A stretch of 46,052 nucleotides of DNA from a virus. Lineage: Duplodnaviria; Caudoviricetes. Shown in pieces: positions 33,363 through 41,000 of this stretch. Every line of letters begins with the position of its first letter. The first letter of the stretch is position 1. The notes beneath the pieces were generated by a model. It was not told where the DNA came from, searched no databases, and saw only the letters and a program-made list of their open reading frames with translations. The stretch covers positions 1 to 46,052 of the IMG/VR virus record IMGVR_UViG_3300032250_000128. One strand, 5' to 3'. Position numbers and translations under genes: made by a program.

Positions 33363-33581
33363 CTACCGACCGAACTCTTTTCGGTTGCAGCTATCTTCAG
33401 CCAAGCTGAAAAGTTCGTCTTTTACTAGCCGGAGGCCAGTAATTACCCCAACTTTGTGTCGGTAATCGACGAAATCAACCACGCCCATGCCTGTGCCAAG
33501 ACTGTCTGTCCTCTCTTTGATTTCCTGTTCGATGATTTTTTGCAGTTCGTGCGCGAAATACGCGCTGAACGTCTGCGCCAT
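33363..33581 (-). CDS. Small conserved phage protein
   Basis: 72 aa, G...DF.DYR..VG.I.GL, next to the GroES-like gene. Confidence 0.78.
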   Translation of the reverse strand: MAQTFSAYFAHELQKIIEQEIKERTDSLGTGMGVVDFVDYRHKVGVITGLRLVKDELFSLAEDSCNRKEFGR

Positions 33582-33605
33582 GGTAGATCCCCCTTCGAGA
33601 AGTAA

Positions 33606-33635
33606 GGGGCGGCTGAGTACCGAACCAGCCGCCCC
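33606..33635 (-). terminator. GC-rich hairpin, possible terminator or processing site
   Basis: 10-bp perfect stem GGGGCGGCTG/CAGCCGCCCC with only a weak U-tract. Confidence 0.5.
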
Positions 33636-33641
33636 CGTTTA

Positions 33642-35009
33642 TCAGCTCTTGCGCGCTTGGATTTCCGTCTTTTCTAAGCGCCCAAGCCCTGATCCTGCGC
33701 CCGCGTCCATGTCCTTGTAGGAGCGGTAAACTTTTCCGCCGGCCTTGCGCGCCTCGCGCTTGCCTTCGGCAATCTCGGTCTTCTGGATGCGACCCTCGCC
33801 AGACCCAGCGCCAGCCGTCATGTCCTTGTAGGACTTGGCGACAGTGCGACCGCCGGTCTTACGACCCATCGGGCTGGGCATGCTCGGAGGGGCCGAAGGC
33901 ATCGGCATGGGCATCGGTATCGGCATCGGGGAGGGAGCGCCGCCCGGTGCGCCACCCGGAAGCGGAACCGGAATGCCACCCGGAGGCATTGAGGGGCCAC
34001 CAGCGCCCTGCATCATCTCGGGAGTTGCAGGCTTGCCAGCGGCAATGACGATATTGATGTTCGTCTTGCCCTTGGCCTTCGTGCGACCGCCAGACTTGCG
34101 AGCCGTGCGGCCCTCGTCCTTGTCCTTGCCGCCCATCTCGCCCATGGCCATGGCCGGGAGGATGCCGCCCATGAGAGCGCCGCCGCCAAGCTTCTTGGTG
34201 CGGCCACCCTTCTTGTACGGCGTGCCCTGAGCGCCGGTGAAGTCCATAGCCTTCGGCTTCACGATGTTCATGCGCGGGTCCATCATCGGGCCGCCCATCA
34301 TCTTCTCAGCGCGACCGCCCTTCTTGTAGTGCTGGGCCTTGCCGCGCGTCGGCTTGGAAGCAGCCGCCTGCTCCTTCTGGATCTTCTCCTGCCCGGCGAG
34401 GGTCGTGGCGATCTTGCCGCCATCCTTGCGCTTGGCGCGACCGCCCTTCTTCATGCCGGACTCTCCGGCCATCCGCTCCATGCGAGCCCGGTCCTCGGCG
34501 GGGATGTTGCTGGTCTGGCTGCTGCCAACATCGCGAAGCTGCTCGCGCTGGACCGCCGCATCGCCGGGGTGGACCTTCTTCAGCATGTCGCGAACGCGGC
34601 CACGGATGCCGGGGGGCGGGGCGCTGTTCTCGCCGCCATGCTGCTTCTTCGCACGCCCGCCAGACTTCAGGCCACCAATGTGCTTGATGCCCTCGCGCTC
34701 CTGATTGGCCGCCTTGGCGTCGCGGTTGATCTTCGCCTTGGCGTACTCTGCCGCCTCGGACTTCTCTTCGGCCTTGCCGCCAGCCTTGCGCTGGGCGCGA
34801 CCAAGGTTCTTCGGGGCGCTCGCGCCCTCGACCTTGCCGCCAGACTTGTACGCCCGGCGCGAGATCGGGCGCATGCCCGTCTTCACTTCCGCGTTCAGCG
34901 GCTCGGCGGGCGACCAGTCAGAGCTATCGACCTTCTGATCCTTCTCACCAGCGAGCTTTCGGGCCTTGCCCTTCATTGCCTCGCGGGCCTTCTTTGCCAT
35001 GTCAGACAT
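33642..35009 (-). CDS. Highly basic low-complexity protein with about 13 x-K-x-GG-type motifs
   Basis: YKSGG, RKAGG, LKSGG, MKKGG, RKDGG, YKKGG x2, RKSGG, RKTGG, RKAGG. Duplicated C-terminal SYKDM.AGAGSG.GR..KTEI. Confidence 0.8.
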   Translation of the reverse strand: MSDMAKKAREAMKGKARKLAGEKDQKVDSSDWSPAEPLNAEVKTGMRPISRRAYKSGGKVEGASAPKNLGRAQRKAGGKAEEKSEAAEYAKAKINRDAKAANQEREGIKHIGGLKSGGRAKKQHGGENSAPPPGIRGRVRDMLKKVHPGDAAVQREQLRDVGSSQTSNIPAEDRARMERMAGESGMKKGGRAKRKDGGKIATTLAGQEKIQKEQAAASKPTRGKAQHYKKGGRAEKMMGGPMMDPRMNIVKPKAMDFTGAQGTPYKKGGRTKKLGGGALMGGILPAMAMGEMGGKDKDEGRTARKSGGRTKAKGKTNINIVIAAGKPATPEMMQGAGGPSMPPGGIPVPLPGGAPGGAPSPMPIPMPMPMPSAPPSMPSPMGRKTGGRTVAKSYKDMTAGAGSGEGRIQKTEIAEGKREARKAGGKVYRSYKDMDAGAGSGLGRLEKTEIQARKS

Positions 35010-35053
35010 GCACGTCACTCCGGAGTTGACGGGGCGTCCCCCGTGCCGCTTGG

Positions 35054-38000
35054 TTAAGGGACAGTTTCCTCGCGCGGCGACGAGTTAATCTCACGAGCAA
35101 GCATCATAGCACGATCTGCAACAGATCCGCCGTCGGCGTATCGGTTCAAAATCTCGACATCGCGCGCTGGATCAAAAACAACATAGTTGTGTGAGGGGCG
35201 CGAAAGTCCAAAGCTCTTGGGATCTTGGTACAAATTCCCTGAAAGACCCAAATCGCGCAAAACTGAAGTTGAGCGATCTGGATCGTTGCGGCCAATCATG
35301 TTGTAGATTCGATTTCCACTAAACTCAGAGAGAAATGGCTTCTTTGGCATTTTATTGGAAATGACACCAACAGGCATCCCAGTCTCATCTACCCACGCAT
35401 AATTACCGCCCGGCAGCAGGGCCTCGCGAAGACCCATTCTCTCAGGAGTAAGCACACTCTGGACATCTAGTGATTGCTCGGAAAGGGGTCTGTTCCAATT
35501 CAAAAATTTTTTACGCGGCGCATTAATGTCAACTTCGTATAAACTACCACGACGCTTCATAGCATCTAGAGCAATGGATTGAGCTTCGTCAAAAGAGATG
35601 TTTTCGCCATACTTCCTAGCAAGCGCCGAGATGATGTCCATGTCCCTCGCATCCGGGCGATTTGCAAGATCAAATGCAATCTCTTCTTTAGGTGTCATTT
35701 GGCCAGAAAAGCGACGATAGCGATCTTCCGGGTCACCAACGAACTCTAAAGCGCGATTTTTATCATCCGCGAAGTACATGCCCTTGCCATAAAGCTGCTG
35801 GCCCTCCCCAGATCCGGCACGCGATATATCAAAGCGCTCAAATTTACGAGGAGATCCGTGCCATGCACGAATAGGATTTATCGCCTCAAGCCCACGGCGA
35901 ACCAAACCCGAACCGCCCGCCTCCGCCTCTTCCGGTGTCATGACGGCAGCACCAGCGCCAACCGCAGTCGCCGTGCCGGGGTTGCCAGCGACGAAGCGGC
36001 GAGCGGCCTCAAGACCGCTGCGCACGGCGTCTGCCGCCTGCTTGCGATAGGCAAGCGCAGGTGCCACAACGCCAAGAGCGCCGGTCACTCCTGCGCCGAG
36101 GTAGTCGCCCTTGTCGAGGGCGCTCTTGGTGTCGATTGCCGCCTCGCCAAGATCTGCCGCAGCAGCAAACGGCGCAGCCGGCGTGAAATAGAAGGGCACG
36201 GTCTTGAGCGAGTACGCGGTCTGTGCCATGCCCGACAGGGGGCCTGCCACGTCGTAAGGGGCCTCACCAAGCTGACGTTTGCCGATGAAGCCGCCCTCAA
36301 TCTCGATGGGGCGCATCGGCTTACTGGGCGCGTGCGTCATGCTTTGGATGTCTGCGGGCTGCTGCGCAATAGCGCGCATGCGGTTCTCGTATTGCTGGAT
36401 GTCAGCTTCTGGCTGGGAGCCGCCACTCAGCCCCAGCATACGAGAGAAAAATCCGGGCATCGCCTCGTACTTTTCTGCCGCAGGCGATCCACCGTCCGCA
36501 TACATGCCCCGCACGACATTCATGGCGCTCTCGACTTCGCCACCATCTGCACGCTCGCCGCGCATTCGGATGTACTGCTCCTCGTTGGGGTACTCTTGCG
36601 TCGTTCCGGGGAACGAGGCCCGGCGCTCATCCAGATCCATCTGCATGCGGTTCTGGACGTTGCGGGCTTCAGTTTCGCCCGCAAGACGCCGGTAAAGCTC
36701 GTAGTTCTTCAGGGAACCCCAGCGCCCTGTCGGATTAAGCTCTTCAAATCGCTGTTTTAGAGCCGGAATGCGTTCCTGCTCGGAAGCGATTTGGCGCTCG
36801 TTTTCTGCTTGAAACTCGCGAAACTTGGAAAGCTGCTCAGGATCCGCATAATCGGTATCAAACATGCGGTCCATTATTTGCTTCCGCATTTCCGTGGCCC
36901 TGCGGCTGGCGCGCATCTGCTCCAGAAGAACCTCGGACTTCAGAGCCTCCTTGATCGCAGTGCTGCCGCCGCCAGTGCCAAAATTTTCGCTATTCTGAAT
37001 GCCGTGTTGCAATTCGTGCAGCATGGTTGACTGAGCCTGCTTCGGATCCGGAGGCAGCGACAGGGTGTTTGTCCTGTTGTTGAAGCTACCCATCAGGCCC
37101 TGATCGTACTCACTCTGCGGCACCATCCCGAGATTAATCTTGTTGAGGTTGGGATACATTTCAAACAGGCGAGGATGGCTAAGAAGCTCGCTCGGGCGAA
37201 CAGGGTTTCCCGCGCGCAGGCGCTCAAAGTTCTCCGGATTAATGGTGGCGTCCTTGTCGCTGACCTCAAACCGCCAGCGCCCATCGGCACCTTGGAACCA
37301 GCCGGTCGAACCGTCGCTGGCAGAGCCGCGATAAGCCTCCTCGGGGCTCGCGCCCTCGGCAATGAGCCGCTTGGCAAGCTCCAAAGACTGCAAGGGTGCC
37401 CCAACAGCGCCCTCGCCGGCAAACATGGCAACGCGAACGGGCTCCTGCTGCGGAAGCTCACGCACCACACCGAGCGCGTCGTCTACGATGCCGCCCGTCG
37501 CGCGCCCCTGACGCTCGCGCTTAGCGCGCTCCAGCCGCTTGGCGTAGGCCGGCGACGCATTGAAGAACGTGTGCGAGCCGAGACGAGCAGCATTCGCCGC
37601 CCCGCGCTTGGCGTTGAACGACGTGCTGCCCCGATTGAAGTCGGTCGCGTTGGCAAACTTGGGCTGGATCGTTCCCTCGATGAGGCCGCGCGCGATCTCG
37701 CGGGCCTGCTGCGCAATGGCCTGCTGCTGAGGCGTCTCGCCCGCCATGATGGCCTTGGCGTTCGGAGAGTTGTAGCCCAGAAACTGGCGCGGGCGCGAAA
37801 GCTGCGCCTGAAGCGTGTTGCCGTAGTCGTTGTAGTTCATCAGGACGCGATTGAGCGCGACCTGACCGACCTGCGCCATGCCCTCACGGCCCTGCGTCGA
37901 GGCTTCGCCAGCGATCATGTTCGCCAACGCCTCAACGTCGGCGTCACTGAACTGACCATACGGGCCGCGAACTTCCGCCGTCTTCGCAACCGGCGTCTGC

Positions 38001-41000
38001 GCCGGGGGAGCCACTGTGCTCTGAAAGGACTGGCTGGAGGGCAGCGTTCCGTAGTCTCTGGGGGCTGGAGGCACGCCAGCACGGTCAGGCAGAACCGCGC
38101 CGCTACGAATGTCCTCGACGCCCAGCGTCGCCTTGCTGCCGAGCAGCGCAGGGTCCACCAGATTGTTGATTAGGGTGTCAAGGCGACGCCGCCCGTACTC
38201 ACCCGGAGGCAAGCTAGGGTCTGGCGGAGCGAAGAGGTTCTGCGCAGCAGAAACTGCCCGCTCGCGCGCATTAGGGCCAAAGATCCCGGTCATGATCCGG
38301 TCGAGCTTCTGGCGACCGTACTCGCCGGGGGGAAGTTCAGCCGGAGCGTTGGGCGTCAAGCCAGCGCCCGTCTGGGGCGGCCCAAATGCTTCCAGATAAG
38401 ACTGGCGGTTCGGGTCCACGGCGGGCTGCTGCGCCGAAACAGCGTCGCGATAGCGCCTCTGATCAGCAACGTCTCCACCGTAAGTCGTAAGGACGCCAAT
38501 TCGCTCATTTGGCGTCGTGTGCGGCTCGCTCGGCACGGGCAACCGATTGAACTGCATGGCCGGGCCGCGATTGAGGCTCTGGTCAACAGCGTCTTCGAGG
38601 TAGTTGTCAATCACGTCGAGGCGCTGATCCGGCGTCGTAAGCGGAGGGTCCATGGTCTCTCCTCCGTCAGCATACATGCCGCGAGCAATGTGCAAGGCAC
38701 CCTCCACTGCACCACCGTCTCGCTCTTTGGAACGCTCGCGGACGATTTGCATCTCATCCGGGAACTGTTGCGTCTCCCATGGCCGCTTGTCGTATCCCTC
38801 TTGTGCGCGCGTCTGGACGTTGCGGGCTTCAACTTCTCCGGCAGATCGAAGATATGCGGTTTTAACCGCATACTTTTGAGCTTCAGTTTTTACAAGCTGA
38901 GAAGGATTTTTGACGGCCTTCAGATATGAAGGGTAAGACTTTCTAGCGGCTTCAATGTCGTTTCCAAAACCAGCGACAGCAGCATAGGTTTCAAGCGGTA
39001 AAGGTTTTTTGATCGCAGCAAGGCGCTCTTGGTAAATAGCCCACGCCGGCGTTCCCTTCTTGAGAGCAAGAGTATTTCCTCCCGGAGCAAAGTTTTCCAT
39101 GGCCTGAACCCCATGCTGCAATTCATGCAGCGCGCTTGAAAGCGGATTCTTCGCATACTTGCCAATTTGGAGCGTGGGGAACGTCTCTTTTACGTTTGGA
39201 TTGCCACTCCACATCCCCTGAATGCCGCCCTTCTTAATCGGGTTCGCGTAAAAATCCACATCCGCAAGCTGCGGATATGCCCTGAACAATTCAGGATGAT
39301 CGATTGCTTCGCCAACAGTATACTTTTCTATGTATCCCGGACGCATAGACGCTGCCGTGTCAGGGATCTCAAACCTCCACTGTTTGTCTGCGCCTTGAAG
39401 CCACTTGGTCGCGTCATAGATCTCGTCTCGGGTTGCGCCTTTCTTTACCATATCGCGGGCAACTTCGAGCGCCTGAAGGTCTGCCGTCTTAGCGGACGGG
39501 CCAAGAAACATGCCGATAGATCCGCGCGGCGCTGACCCTACAGTCATGCCGCCACCCATCACCGCGCTAGATAAATCCATCGCCCGCTGAATGCCTATCT
39601 CGCTCGTAGGATCTACGCGCCCTTCGTACACGTCACGCGGAAGAGCCGCTCCGCCAACGATAGAGCGAGCAAGCTGCGCGGGCCATGTCTCAGACAGAGC
39701 CTGACCAACATCGCGCATGCGGGCCGCCCGGTCGAGCCTGTCCGCATATGCAACCATGTCGTTCAATTGGGCGTTTTTCTCACCTTCAGAAACAGGTACG
39801 CCACCATCCGCCATCACCTGACGCCCGACGTTCGGCAGGTAGTGCGTAAGGTACTGGTCTTCGAGGAGGCGGCCGCCTTCCGCACGCCCCGCACGCATGG
39901 CGTTGCTGGCGCGAACGAAGTCTGCCGGGTTGCCAGTCTCGTTGTAGATCTCCCAGAGACGCCGGGACTCGGACCTGTCGGGTGCAGCCGGAGCACGAGC
40001 CGGGGCACGCACAGGCGCAGGACGCGGGGGCGGAGGAGATTGGCGCGACACCCGGATGTCCATCGGGCGAGGCTCGGAGCGCACCACTTCAAGCGCCCGG
40101 TCAACCACTTCGGGCTGCGCTGGCCTGAACGACCTGTTGAGCGGAATGTCCTCCGCGCGATTGGGGATCTTGCCCGCCGGTGCTGGCGGAAACACGCGGC
40201 TCATGTCGAAGAAGGCAGCATCGCTGTCGAGCGTGTAGTTGGGCGCGTCGTTGAAATCGACTGCGCCACCATCCTCGCGATTACGCCGGAACATGATCGA
40301 CGCCGCGCCTACATCGGAGGGCTCGACATCGAAGCGGGGGCCGAGTGTGTCGCCCACGTATTCGCGCAGCTCACGCGGCGTGAAGCCCTTCTGGTAGCGG
40401 GCGCTGTCGCCCTCGCCGATGATGAGCGACATGGGCTCCGGTCCCGGCTCGCCCCTCGCAGCCATCACGTCGCGACCGCGCGTCGAGATCACGCCACCTC
40501 CGCCCGGCTCCACGACGCGGCCCATGTTGAGCACCGCCGACTGGCGCGCCTCCGGGTCCAGCACGTTGAGCACGTTCAGGTTCACGAGGCGACGATACAC
40601 GTCGTCCGGGATGTCTTCGGGCTTGGTGAACGTCGGCGTCCAGCCCTGCGGGTAGGGCTCGAACGTGTCGGCCCCGATGCTGCGCAGGCCGTGGCCTCGC
40701 CCCGCGCCGTAGTCGATGGCCCGGCCCTCAATGCCGGCACGCTCCAGATGGCGGAGCGCTTTGTCGTAGGACGGCCCGGTCGTCGCGATCTGGGTCAGCC
40801 GGGAGTTCTCGGCGGGCGGCAGACCGCGCACGGCCCGCAGCGCCTTCAGGATGACGCCACCGTCTGCGAAACCGTCGCGAGGCTCTTCCTGCCCCGGCTG
40901 CGCCATGCCGAGGCCGACAGCACCCGGAACCATCGTAAAAAGCGGCAGGCCCTCTTTGATCTTCTCGCGCATAGCGGGGGTGATGTTGAGGGAGGGGAGG

